Positions 38,161 through 51,154 of a stretch of DNA of 64,000 bases are shown one piece after another (position 1 is the stretch's first letter; each line of letters starts with the position of its first letter). The stretch lies in contig JAAOMT010000067.1 in NCBI GenBank assembly GCA_016748015.1, forward strand, positions 186,001-250,000, in the 5' to 3' direction. The stretch is from Geosiphon pyriformis uo1. Its lineage: Eukaryota > Fungi > Glomeromycota. Made by a program: the position numbers and the translations under genes. The notes beneath the pieces were generated by a model. That model was given only the letters and a program-made list of their open reading frames with translations. It was not told the origin of the DNA and ran no database searches.

Positions 38161-40572
38161 TAAAAAAATAATAATATTAATATTAATAACAACAATTAAA
38201 AGCAAAGTTTATACAAAATAATTTAATGTTGTTTTTAAAAATTGATTTAAGTTTAATAAATCTAGATGGCAATTTAAACAAAAAACTAACAAAAACTAAT
38301 TTAATCTTAAATATAGTATTAAACATTAAAATAAAGACTATTTATTCAAAGAGCTTTTGATAATTAAAAATTGTTTTTTAAACACTATTAAAAACAGCAT
38401 TAAAAAACAAAAAAGAAAAGATTAATTTAGTTTTTATTTGATTAATTTAATTCTTAAAATTAAAAAATTTAATAGATTGTTTTACTTTTAAAACTAATGA
38501 TAATTTGCTAAAAACACTATATTTAATAATACAATTAGTAATTGATTTTGGTTTATTTTAAAAAATGTGCTATTATTGTTATTATTTATATTAAAAAAAA
38601 ATTAGTTACTATTAAAGAGATCTTATTCAAGATTTTATTTAAATTATAAAAAGATTTAATATAATAATAACAGATACAAATAACTGTTATTGTTTTTTAA
38701 AACTTTGATTTTTTTGGTTATTTATAAAATAATAATAATAGTATTAATAATAAAAATAAGAAAAATTAACTTGTTTACTAACCTATTATTAAAAACTTTA
38801 AGGCTTTTAAAAATAATAAAAACAATATTAAAATTAGAAAAAAAAAAGTTTTTTAATATGTTAATCTCTAATTAAATTTTATTAACTAATAAAACAACTT
38901 TTTTTAAAAAATAATAATGTTTTTTTGGTGTATTTTAAAGTATTTTTTGTTTAAAATCTGTTTTTTAATATTAATATTAATTTTTTATATTAATATTAAT
39001 TAATATTTAATTTTATTTTGACTATAATTAATAATAATAATAATATATTTAATTAATTATTGTTAATTTTAAAAACAAAACAAATTATATTTTAATATAT
39101 AATTAAATTTAAATATATTATTATATTATTTAATTATTAAAATTAGACTAATAAAATAAAAACTAAATTTGTTATATTTTTGTTTTCTAAAAACATTATT
39201 GGTTTTAATAATATTTAAAAAATAATTTATATAATATAAAAATTTTTAAAAAACAATATATAAATTATAAAAAAACAATTAATTATACTTTTTGTCTCTT
39301 TAATTTTAAAAAGTAAAAAAGCTGCACCTGATATCTTTTCTAAAATATCTAATAAAATTTCAACCAGAAGAGCTCTCTTTGTTGTAGAAGCAACCAAACA
39401 GAACATTTTAAAAGCCTTTTCTTTATTTAATAATCATAAAAAACTGTCTTTAGTAGCTATTAAAACAATTTTTTTATCTTTGACTGGTTTTTTACCAGTC
39501 AAAGTTCTCTTAAAAAGACACACTTGGATTAGTCCCAATGTTGCTTCTACTCCAACTAAGAGTTCAAAAGTTTTTAATAATAAACCAGTAAACAAGCTAG
39601 TTTTTTTTTCTATAGCTTTAATACTTAATACTGCTAGCATTACTTTTTTAAAGAAAAAAATGGTCAAAAAGACCAAAAGTTCAGAAAAATGGGAGCAGTT
39701 GTTTGTCTCTGCTATTATTACACCAAATCTTTTTGTAATTCTTAATGAAATCTTAGGTAAGATTTCTATAGTATCATCTAATATATTATCTAAGATAGGC
39801 CAAAATTAACTACTGGTTGTATTGTCAAATATGGTGTTTTCCAGTAAATCATTGCTGGTTTTAGAAGCAAAACAATTATTTCCTGTAATGTTACTTGTTC
39901 TTGAGAACTGGACTGACCAAATAGAAACTGAATTATCTTTTCTTCTGGTTTCTGGTGTTGCCACTAGTGGTGTTTGGAAGACCATTACTAATCATCAAAA
40001 ATTTGCTGGGTGGATGGTCTCCACTTTAGTGCTTGATGCTACTTTTAAAATCAAATTAGCTTATGTTGTTATTTATAGAATATAGGAATTAAATATTAGT
40101 ACATAAATTAGCCAATCAAAATAGACGTAGTAAAAGTAGAATTCCAGGATTCTTTTTAGAGGAATCACAGGATTCCAAAATTTCTGGCTAGAAAATTGAG
40201 AAATTTAAAAAATCTCATACAATAAAATTTATGTATATATAGCAGTAGTATCAAAAGCTAGAAAATTAGTCAAGAAGACTTACAGGTCATAATTATTAAA
40301 TACTTTTCCTTTCAAAGATAGTTGTTATCAACCAAAATGAAATTATATCAATAAAATATCTCTTCAATTCTCTAAATCTATGTTATTATTTACTACTTAA
40401 CCTGCTGGCATAATAGCTCTTAATCATGACTATTGACAGGACACTTATTTTTTATTTTATTTTCTTTATTTCTTTATTTTTTTTAATTTTTTTTATTTTT
40501 TTTTATTTTCTTTTGTTGTTCATTAAATTGAGGATAGCTTACTAAAAAAGTATAACTATCAGAATAAACTAG

Positions 40573-41253
40573 TATTACTCATAAAAAAAAACAGATATAG
40601 AAAATAGTAGACCAATAAGAGAGTAGTAGTTAGCATATAAGCATATTGTCCAGCAATATGGAGCAATATCAGAAATTACAGCACATTGCTTAACAATATA
40701 GAGCAATGTTAAAAATTAGAACACATTGTTTAGCAATATAAAGCAATATTAAAAAATTAGGGCATATTGCTTAGCAATGTGAGCATTGCTCAAGAAATCA
40801 TAGCACATTGCTCGAGAATGTGAGCAATCTCATAGAACATTAATTATGTATATATATAGTAGTAATATTAGAAAAAAAAGAACAAATCTCTTAGTTTAGA
40901 TTTAATCTAAACAACTTTCTATTTACAAAATATCAATAAATAATTATTTACTATTTCAATCTACTCTTCACTATTAACACTTCATGTTGATAATAATTAA
41001 TACTTAATCACACTGGAACAATAGCTTTTGATCACAGCTATTGACAGAATACTAATATTTATTGTCTTGGCTTATTTTTTTTATCTTTCTTTTATTTTTT
41101 TTGTCATTTCTTTTATCATATTAAGTTGATTAAAAAGTAAAAGTGCCAAATTATTGACATCAAGGATAGCCTAGTAAAAGACCTCAAAGAAAGAGTATAA
41201 TATTGAGAATTTAAGAATAGCTTATTAAAATGGCATCTTTGCCAGATTACTAG
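40573..41253 (+). repeat. 5' LTR B1 (left part; cognate of B3)
   Basis: Same three ~40-bp U3 repeats and downstream variants as 50277-50943; breaks off at GATTACTAG. Confidence 0.75.
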
Positions 41254-42096
41254 TGTTACTTATAAAAAAAAGAAAAAACAGATATAGAAAATAGTAGACC
41301 AATAGGAGAGTAGTAGTTAGCATATAAGTATATTGCTTAGCAATGTCAAGCAATATTAGAAAATTAGGGCATATTGCTCAACAATATGAGTATTGCTCAA
41401 GAAATCATAGCACATTGCTTGAAAATGTGATTGATCTCATAAAACATTAATTATGTATATATAGTGGTAGCATTAGAAAAAAAAAAGACAGACCCCTCAG
41501 TTTAGATTTGATCTAAACAACTTTCTACATTACAAATATCAATAAATAATTATTCAATATCTCAAATCTACTTTTCACTATTAACTTCATGTTGATAATA
41601 ATTGATACCTAATTACACTGGAACAATAGCTCTTAATTATAGTTATTGATAGGATATTAACTTGCAATTGCCTTGGCTTATTCTTTATCTTCTTTTATTT
41701 TATTTTATTTTATTTTGTTATTTCTTTGGTTTTACTAATTGATTAAGGATTAAGCATTGAATTATTGACATTAAGGATAGTCTGGTAAAAGACCCAGAAA
41801 TAAGGGTAAAATTACATATATATTAACAAATAGCTTACCAGAAGGGCATGACTGCCAGAATAAATCTAGCCACCAAGCTGAGAAAAAAATTGGGCAGAAT
41901 TGCAATTCCAAAAAACTACTACAACCATCACTGAATCTCTATCTATTATATAAAAAACTCCACAACAAAATCTTCAGACCAATCAAAACTCTTGGATTAT
42001 AAAAACCTTCAGAAACCAACACCCATCATTATATTAATTAAGCACCAAGTTATGAGTTGTTATTTGCTTTGAGACCCCAAATAAACATCTGTAACA
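41254..42096 (+). repeat. LTR B2 (related subfamily) inserted into B1
   Basis: TGTTACT...TGTAACA; fewer U3 repeat units; sequence variants differ from B1/B3. Confidence 0.75.
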
Positions 42097-42114
42097 TTTG
42101 GTGCTCCTTGTAAG
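42097..42114 (+). promoter_or_regulatory. Primer-binding site TT-TGGTGCTCC (possibly tRNA-Ile(UAU))
   Basis: TGG 2 nt after LTR end; similar motif at 1949-1960 on minus strand; tRNA identity inferred from recalled ...GAGCA-CCA 3' ends. Confidence 0.6.
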
Positions 42115-44240
42115 ATGTAATTCTACAGAGAACCAGCACCAACAACAATCATCCAAAAGTGGCAGAATCAGAAATAATAGGGACAAACTATTTAGAATTT
42201 GCTAAATTCTTATTTCAACTGTACAGGCAATAATTAAGCCTAACCAACAACTATTATCCAACAGAATCAGTCTTCAACTTTTATATCAACAAAAAAATCA
42301 CAGATTTTCTGAAAAGACCAGTTGATATTGAATCAGCAAGAAAAAATTTTTATACAGAATTAATCCAACACACCAGCTTATCACAGAATTACAGTTTCGC
42401 ACCAATCATCAGAGAAATTAATCAAGAAATTGAAAGATACACTCAACAACAATTCTCTATTATCTACGCAGATAAAGATAAAGAAAAGTTACAAATACCA
42501 GCAGCAACTCCAAAAAAAATACAACTACCAACATAGAAAAAACAAAGAATTAAATCCCCATTATATCCATTATATCATCACACACTTGGAAGTATCATCA
42601 ATATTACATTAGCAAACACATCCACATCAAACATGACATTAACAATTGGATGACTACTATTCCAAAGTAAACAAAAGAAAGTGGAATTATTAGAAACCTA
42701 CAGTAATTATTTCAAAGGATTTAAATTATAATCACCAATGCCATTAGGATTCTGATTACCACCACCACCACCAGATTTCGGAACTGCAAGCTCTTGGGAA
42801 ATAATGACATCAAAAAAAGAGAAAGAAGAGGATCAAGAATTTAATTATCAAAATCTAATTGCAGAAAATCTGGAAGTTGAAACTCCAAATATTCAAATCC
42901 AACAAACTCCAAATAATTCAAACCCCAAGCTAATTAATTAGAAAACTTACCTCCAGAAATTGTTATCAATTAGCAACCAATTAATTCAATTGCTAAACAA
43001 CTTCAACAGCTGCCAATATTACTCCAACAATTACCCCTTCAACCACCACAACAACCAAACTTGGATTCAATGGCCTACTCCCCAATAGCAAAATTCGAAA
43101 AGTTTACAGGAAAAGAAGACGACACCCAAGTGTGGCTAAACAATGTTGAAAAAGCTATTACAGCCAATAGATAGAATAATGCTAGAACTATACAAGCTAT
43201 TCCATATTTCTTTCAGGATACTACCAACTCATGGTATTAAAGCTTAATTAACAAACCTCAGAATTTTAATGCATTCAAACTTGAGTTCTTGAGATATTTT
43301 AGCAACAATAATAGTATTAATTACTTAACCAATACTTTCACCACTATCAAGCAAGGAGAAACTGAAACAGTCACTATTTACCTAGGATGTTTTTATAGAA
43401 ATTTGTGCCAAATACAAGCAATTGATGTGAATTACTTTACAGCACCACAAATTCTGAACCAGTTTATTTATAGACTACATAGTAGTATTTTCCAATGCAT
43501 ATGTCTAATGCACTCACAAATTTTCCAAGACACAGTTACCAATGCATGAGATTTCGAATTCACTAAACTCAAAACTAACCACATTCAAGCTGTAAATCTA
43601 GTAATAAATAGATCATCTGACTTGGATTCCAAATTGAAGCAATTCAGTGAATCAATCAATCAGAAATTAGAAAGATACTTAGCTGACAATCATACAATTT
43701 ATTAACCTCCCCAACAACACAATAATCAAGAAAACTCCAATCATTTCCAAAATCAATTGCATCTATCATTGTTGACCAATCAACAGTGGCAACAAGAAAT
43801 GTGTGTTTGCTACTATTGTGGTAAACAAAGACACCTACAAATTGACTGTCATCATTGATTAAATAACTAATGATCAAGAAATCAATATCGAAATCTTGAT
43901 TGCTGGTTTCCAACTCCAAGATATTAACCCAACCCAGAAATATATCAATCAAATTACTTATCAGTAATGCAGCTGCCAATTTATCAACCACCTATTTATC
44001 AGATTCCAACACCAGTTATTTATCAACTACAGCCACAAATAATATATTAACCTTAACAAATTCCAATACTGCTATCAAACTCAGCTCAGATAACATCAGA
44101 AAATCCCAGATTAAAGATCACTCAAAACTGGAGATTGGTGATGGTTGTCTACCAACTAATTTCCAGTTTCTCAAACCAGCCATTAGAATCACATCAGCAG
44201 AGTTCAAGAACTGAGTACACTCAAAACCTGAGTTCTTAGA
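42115..44240 (+). pseudogene. gag: gag (capsid-like plus CCHC nucleocapsid)
   Basis: KFTGKEDDTQVWLNNVEKAI, KQGETETV, CYYCGKQRHLQIDC (43808-43849). Confidence 0.75.
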
Positions 44241-47200
44241 ACTATTTAAGTCTTCTGGTAACTCCAAAAGACACCACATCTCACAACTTGGAAACCAAAC
44301 AAAAGCCGCTACTTACCAACAATATTCTACTAGCAATCATTACTGAGGACAAATTACTTACTGCTATTTTCCCTTTTGAACTTGAGGAACCAATCAAAAT
44401 ACTACTATTCAGTAGAGCCACTCTAGAATCAAAACTCATTACTGCAATATATACAGACACTAAAGTTAATAGGCAGTACATTAAACTGATCCTAGACAGT
44501 GGATTAGCTGACAGCATTATCACACAACAACTTATGGACCAATTAGATTGCTGAGTTGATTGCACTGCTAGTGCACAAATAATCATGGCTGACAGAGCAA
44601 TAAAGACTCCAATTGGTGAAATAAATGACTTCCTATTTGAAGTCAATGGCATCATAATACCAATTAAGGTATTGGTAATGAAAGCAACTCAGTACCAAGC
44701 TCTTGTTAAGAATGACTGGCTGTTCAAAACCAATGCCATACTTGACTGAAACACTCAAGAACTGCAGCTCAGCCAAAATGGCCACCATACACGGATGCCA
44801 GCTACTTGTGGTTATTTCAAAGACCACTACCAATGACAAACTGCTTATTGAATTGGAAGAAAAAGAGAAAAAACTTACCTAAGAAGCCTACCAAGTTTCT
44901 TGGGCTAACACTAAGCACAATGAATTATCATCAGTACTTTCTTAAAACAACAAAAGGAAAGAAAAGGAAAAGAATGCAGCAGAAAAAAACACTACTGCCA
45001 AAGAAATAACTAGTGGCTAGAAAAAATCCTACTCACATGAGCCACTAAAGTAACTGCCATATATCTCATTCAAATGCCAAGATTGTGACAAGAAACTTTT
45101 TTCCATAGGAGCTTGAATTGTGCCCAATAAAGATTACTGAATGCAAATTCATTATTACTGCAAGCCATGCCACAGAGAATAATACAGTTATCCAAAATGA
45201 CAAGGCAAATAAGACAATAAACCATGTCTTGCTTATGAGAAACAATTACTCAATGAAAGAATGTGGAATAATATTCCTGGTCAAGGAAGAACATATGACA
45301 CTTCATGCCAGTACATAATCCTTATAAGCAACTGGATCAGTCATAGAACTCTTATTATTGCAGCCTGGCACTAAGCAATAACTCATTTGGATGGTTACTT
45401 ATACAACAAAAACAAAATCTGGTGGATAGCAAATGCCAAAGTCAAAAAAGTTATGCCTAGTAAAATATTGGAGATCAAAAACAATTCTTCAATACTAGTT
45501 GACATTATTCTTATTCCAAACTCTGATGCTTTTTTTGACATAGAAACAGGTCCAAAAGAGTTTTACAAGCACTATCAAAATTTAACACCCACTAAAAAAG
45601 AGCAGAAGCAATGCTTAAAAGAAATAAACACCTAATTATGTGATTACTGTTTGATCCCATGTGACTTTTAATACTGTAATAAGTGTGATTTTATTTACAA
45701 TCTACCATTATGCATAATCTACACAATTCCAAAAGAGGAAAAACCAATTAGCAGCTGCACATCAGAATTGGAATCAATTTTCAATCCCAATTCAAACTCT
45801 GACAACAATGATGATGATAACAATAGTTCCAGCTCTGTTCAAATTACTAATAGCAATAACAGCAATTTAAACTCTAAACAATATATTATTTTTCTTGATC
45901 TTACCAAAAAACAAAAACTAAAATGGTTTAATGATAATGATGAAAGTATTATGCCAGAACATGTGCATGATACCAATACAAAGTTCGATTTAAAATATTC
46001 AGAAAAAAATGCCATCTAATCGGAATTACATTTGCACACTTGCATTAATCTAAAAATAGCACTGGAAATTCTAGCAATAACAATGGTTCAATTAGCATCT
46101 AGGAGTAGTTTAGTGAAGAAGGGAATCAACATCAGAGGAAGAATAATTGACACAGAATATATAGGAAATATCATTGCAATATTACAAAATAACTCAAAAA
46201 AGGCCTATATTATAGAACTAAACAAAAAGATAGCACAGACAATATTCCTGCCTCTGGTTAAAATAACTCAATTAGTACTAGTGGGAAACAGAAAAAAATT
46301 AGGAATTATAGCTAAAAAGATACAAGATTTCAGATTTATGGGTAGAATAAATGTACTAATTAATATGGCAGAGGAAGAAATTATCTTCATCAGTTAATCA
46401 ATTTCTATTCTACCATATGACCAGTACATGGTAGTCATAGAAAAAAAAGTAAAGGATCAGATTCAGATTTTTGAGGCAGAAATAAAACTTTGTGAATCAG
46501 AAAAAATTGGATTAGTCAATCTACACATACCAGCCAAGAAACATAGTTACATCAAAATTTTCATTTACAACAACACAGAAAGCATCATCAAAATACCAAC
46601 AGAAACCACTATTAAATATTTAATCACTGAAGTTAAAAACCAACTGCCAAATACCATTCCAAACTTTTCACAACTGTGTAGATATGTAGATATTACATCA
46701 CAAACAATTTATGGATGACAAGAATGTTATCTGCTCCAACCAAAACAATTGGAACAGATAAACTTGAGATATCTAGACCCATTGTAATATATGCAGCTTA
46801 AGATATTACTTAACAATTTCAATGATATCTTTGCCAGCAAAAATGAATTTGGCAGAACAGACATAATCCAGCATTAGATCAAGACTGGAGATATAATGCC
46901 AATCAAACAAAAAGCATATCAGATACCACCAGCCAGTCATGAGATTATTTGTCAAGAAATCAATTAAATGCTTAACAATAGGCTAATTCAGCCATCAATA
47001 AGCCCATGGTCATCACCAGTGGTACTAGTCTATAAAAAAAATGGAAAAATCCACTTTTGTGTAGATTACTGAAAACTGAATAAAGTAATCAAAGGAGATA
47101 GCTACCCAACTCCAAAGATCCAAAAACTGTTCAAAGCTTTTGAAAGAAAAAAATAGTTCTCAACTTTAGATTTAGACAGTAGATACTGGCAAGTAGCCAT

Positions 47201-49445
47201 GAAATTGGAAGATAAAGAAAAAACAGCTTTTACAACACGAGAAAAAAATTTCAAATTTGAAGTGTTACTATTTGGCTTGATGAATGCTCCAGCCACATTC
47301 CAACAGCTTATAGAAATTGTTTATACCAGACTGCTATAGAAATCAGTAGTCGTATACTTGGATAACACTAACATGTTTTTAAAAACATTTGATAATTACT
47401 TGTATTATCACCAACAAGTATTTGAAAGACTAAGAAGAGCTGGATTAAAGCTAAATGCCACTAAATGTTTTTTTGGAAAAACTGAACTTAAGTTTTTGGA
47501 ACATGTTGTTAGCAAAGACAGTATTAAAATGAATTCAGATAAGATTGAGATTGTTAAAAACTTTCTAGAACCAAATAATTTCACAGAATTAAGAGCATTC
47601 TTGGGATTTGCTGGATATTATCACTGTTTTATCAAAAACTTTTCCAAAATAGCTCAACCACTACATCAACTCCAAACAAAAAACACCAAATACAAATGGA
47701 CTGAACTCCAACAAAAAGCCTTTGATATACTGAAAAAAAAGCTTATTTAAGCTCTAGTATTAATCTATTCAGACCACAGCAAACCATTCATAATTACTAC
47801 TAATACATCTGGCCAAGCATTAAAAGCAGTACTATCTTAGAAAAGACCAGATGAACTAGAACACCCAGTAGCTTATGCCAGTAGAAACTTAAGTCCAGCT
47901 GAAAAGAACTATAAAACTCCAATACTAGAACATTTAGCTATCTATTGGGCTGTCACCAAATAGAAAGAATACTTGAATCAAAAGTTTGATGTGTACACTG
48001 ATCACAAAGAATTAACTTTAATCCAGAAACAAAAATTTGGAGATAATTGCCATGTCAGATAGAAAATAGAACTTTCACTATTTAATTATACAGTACATTA
48101 CAAAAAAGAAAAAAAAAATGGAAATGCTGACAGATTGTTATGAATAAGACAAATCTAAAAATATTTCAATCCAAAAAAATATAACAAAAGATGAATATAC
48201 AAAAATACCAACAACTCTAATATTATATAAATACCCAATTGTTCAAAGAGAAATTATCTTAAAAAAATAAAACAACATAATACAACAATCAAAATATTTT
48301 ATCAACCATTAAAATATACTTTATTAAAAGAACAAAAGAAATTCAGATTAACCAACCAGAGTAATTATAAAACCAGAAAAAGAGAAAATATTGTTCAATA
48401 TGCATTCAGATTCAACAGCAAGACATTTTCACAAAAAAGCAATCATGGAAAGAATCAGAAAAAAATACTATTGGTCATCAATATATCTGGACATTATTCA
48501 ATATGTTCAAAATTGTGATGCTTGTCAGAGAAGAAAAGGAGCAAAACCCAGTAAATTATTAAGACCAATCAAAGTGAGATAACCATTTGATTGTATTGGA
48601 ATTGACTTAGTTAGACCATTAACAATAACTAGCAAAGACAACAAATATATTGCAGTAACCATAGACTATCTTACAAAATGGCCAAAAGCAAAAGCCATTC
48701 AAAGAGCAGATGCAAAATCCATTGCTAAATTCATTCATCAAGATTTTATCTGTTAACACAGATGTTCAAAAGAACTACTATCAGATCAAAAAACTTACTT
48801 TGTAAATAGAACATTGGCAGAATTAAGTCAAAAATTTAGGATAAAAAGACCATTATCATTACCATATTATCCACAAACAAATAGGTTAATTGAAAAGTTC
48901 AACAGAACACTATGTGAAGCAATAGCCAAGATCAGTCAAAAAAACCAGAACGAATGATATTTGTTCATACCATTAGTATTATTTGCTTACCAAACAATAA
49001 AGCAAGACACTATACAAGCAACACCATTTGAATTAGTATACAGTAAAACAGCAACATTACCAGTTGAGATAGAAGTCAAAACATATTCAACAAAACCAAT
49101 AACAGAAAAAAATTTTCAAAGAACACTGTTGAGAAAAACATATGATTTAATAAAAACACTAGAAAACAAATGGTGAAAAGCAGCTAATAACATCCAAAAG
49201 TTACAAAAAAAACAAAAAAAAAGACATGATAACCAACTATCAGATAAACCAGTCGAATTCAGGATTGAAAACAAAGTACTTCTACATTATACCAAAGTGG
49301 AAAAACAATGGAATAGAAAATTTGATCCCAAATAAGACAGATCATTTCACATAAAAGAAATTCTAGGAAATAAAGCTTATAAATTAAGATTAAACAACAA
49401 AATCTTAATCAAAGCAGCACATAAAAATTAACTGAAACTATATTA
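44240..49445 (+). pseudogene. pol: pol: protease-Cys-rich spacer-dUTPase-RT-RNase H-integrase
   Basis: LILDSG (PR); PWSSPVVLV, FCVDY, LDLDSRYWQV, LFGLMNAPATF, YLDN (RT); VAYASR, YTDH (RH); HF..YYW..CDACQ, IGIDL, PQTN, KFNRTL (IN). Confidence 0.9.
45940..46345 (+). pseudogene. dut: dUTPase domain within pol
   Basis: Five motifs in order despite G>A decay: TKFDL (AGFDL), ASRSS, IIDTEYIG, KIAQ, KKIQDFRFMG (RG..GFGS.G). Confidence 0.85.
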
Positions 49446-49627
49446 AAACATAGCATCAGCATCCACCAGTAATATTTCACAACTGGAAGCACAGAGAATA
49501 CTAGTTCAACTAGATAAGATTCCACGAAATCTGGAACCAATTATAGTTATTGAACCAAACATGTCAAATTAAACAACCAAAAGAGTATATAAAGACACAG
49601 TATATATGACAAAAGCAACAAAGAAAA

Positions 49628-50276
49628 ATGAAAATACCAGATTATATTCACACATTAACTCAACAATTGTTTCAGGCTTTAAGTTAACAGCAAGTGAACA
49701 TAGAAATTATCATCAACAACCAAACAATTTGCTATCAAAACACCAAACAAAAAGGAAAAAGTACACCATATCAGCGACTACAAAAACAATTAATAAACTG
49801 GTTAGATAAAATAATAGAGAAAGTAAAAAACACTTTTGGAAAGATAATCATCACAGTTCTAACAAAAAAATTGGCAAAAAAAAATTGAAACAAATAAATA
49901 GACCAACTTTCAATACCATACTACTACTATTAATTGAAATAAAAAATAGATATTCAGAAGTTATATCTTGACAAATCCAAGAGAATCTTTAATCAAAAAA
50001 TAATCTGGAACATTAAAGACATTATTGGAAAAAAAACAAATTTGACACTACACATTAGAACCATTTATCAACTACACATTATATTTTAAAACTACTTAGA
50101 AGTATTGTTACACTCTAACATAGAAACAATAACCATTAACCAATAGAGAAGAATAAACAACTCACAAATTGAAGAAATAAAAAGTAGAGTGGAACAGATG
50201 CTACTTAAAAAAAAAGTATTTGACATAATTCAAAATAAGAATTTTGATGAAGCTCAATATTAAAAGAAGGAGATAA
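49628..50276 (+). pseudogene. Extra 3' ORF3 of family B, unknown function
   Basis: MKIPDYIHTLTQQLFQALS*QQVNIEIIINNQ... coding-like frame between integrase and PPT. Confidence 0.4.
50262..50276 (+). promoter_or_regulatory. Polypurine tract
   Basis: AAAAGAAGGAGATAA immediately before TGTTACT. Confidence 0.75.
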
Positions 50277-51154
50277 TGTTACTCATAAAAAAGAAAAAAC
50301 AAATATAGAAAATAGTAGACCAATAGGAGAGTAATAGTTAGCACATAAGCACATTGTTTAGCAATATAGAGCAATGTTAGAAATTACAGCACATTGCTTA
50401 GCAATATAGAGCAATGTCAGAAATTAGGGCACATTGCTCAGCAATGTGGAGCAATATTAGAAAATTAGGGCATATTGCTCAAGAAATTATAGCATATTGC
50501 TCAGGAATGTGAGTGATCTCATAGAACATCAATTATATATATATATAGTGATAGCATTAGAGAAAAAAAAACAGACCTCTTAATTTAGATTTAATCTAAG
50601 CAACCTTCTATTCACAAAATATCAATAAATAATTATTCACTATCTCAATCCACTTTCCATTATCAACACTTCATGTTGATAGTAATTAATACTTAACCAC
50701 ATTGGAATAATAGCTCTTGATCATGGCTATTGACAAAATACTAATATTTATTGTCTTGGCTTATTTCTTTTATTTTTTTTTTATTTTTTTTTGTCATTTT
50801 TTTTATTGTACTAAGTTGATTAAAAAATAAAAGTACTGAATTATTGATGTCAAAGATAGCCTGGTAAAAAACCCTAAAGGAAAGGTATAACATTAAAAAT
50901 TTAAGGATAGCTTATCAGAAGAGCATCTCTGTTAGATTACTGGCCACTATACTGAGAAAGAAATTAGATGGAGTTGTGATTCCAGGAGGCTACTGAAAAC
51001 AACCATTAAATCTCTGTTTATTATATAAAGAACTCAACAAAAAAACCTTCAGATAACAGAAACCTTCAAAAACCAACACCCATCATTAGATCAATTGAGT
51101 ACCAAGTTATGGATTTGTTATTTGTCTTAAGACCCTAAATAATCACTTGTAATA
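50277..51154 (+). repeat. 3' LTR B3
   Basis: TGTTACTC...TGTAATA; ~40-bp repeats with ATTGCT-N-AGCAAT palindrome; TATATATA box. Confidence 0.85.

Larger units (their letters stand above)
31424..38169 (+). mobile_element. Full-length non-LTR retrotransposon (LINE-c)
   Basis: Starts ACTTCTTTCT; ORF1, ORF2, 3' UTR and poly(A). Confidence 0.92.
40573..51154 (+). mobile_element. Near-complete dUTPase-carrying Ty3/Gypsy retrotransposon (family B)
   Basis: LTR-PBS-gag-PR-dUTPase-RT-RH-IN-ORF3-PPT-LTR; TSD CTAG (40569-40572) / CCAG (51155-51158). Confidence 0.88.

Noticed and set aside
49445-50276. env gene or chromodomain after integrase
   Set aside because: No signal peptide, transmembrane segment or chromodomain aromatic-cage motif recognisable
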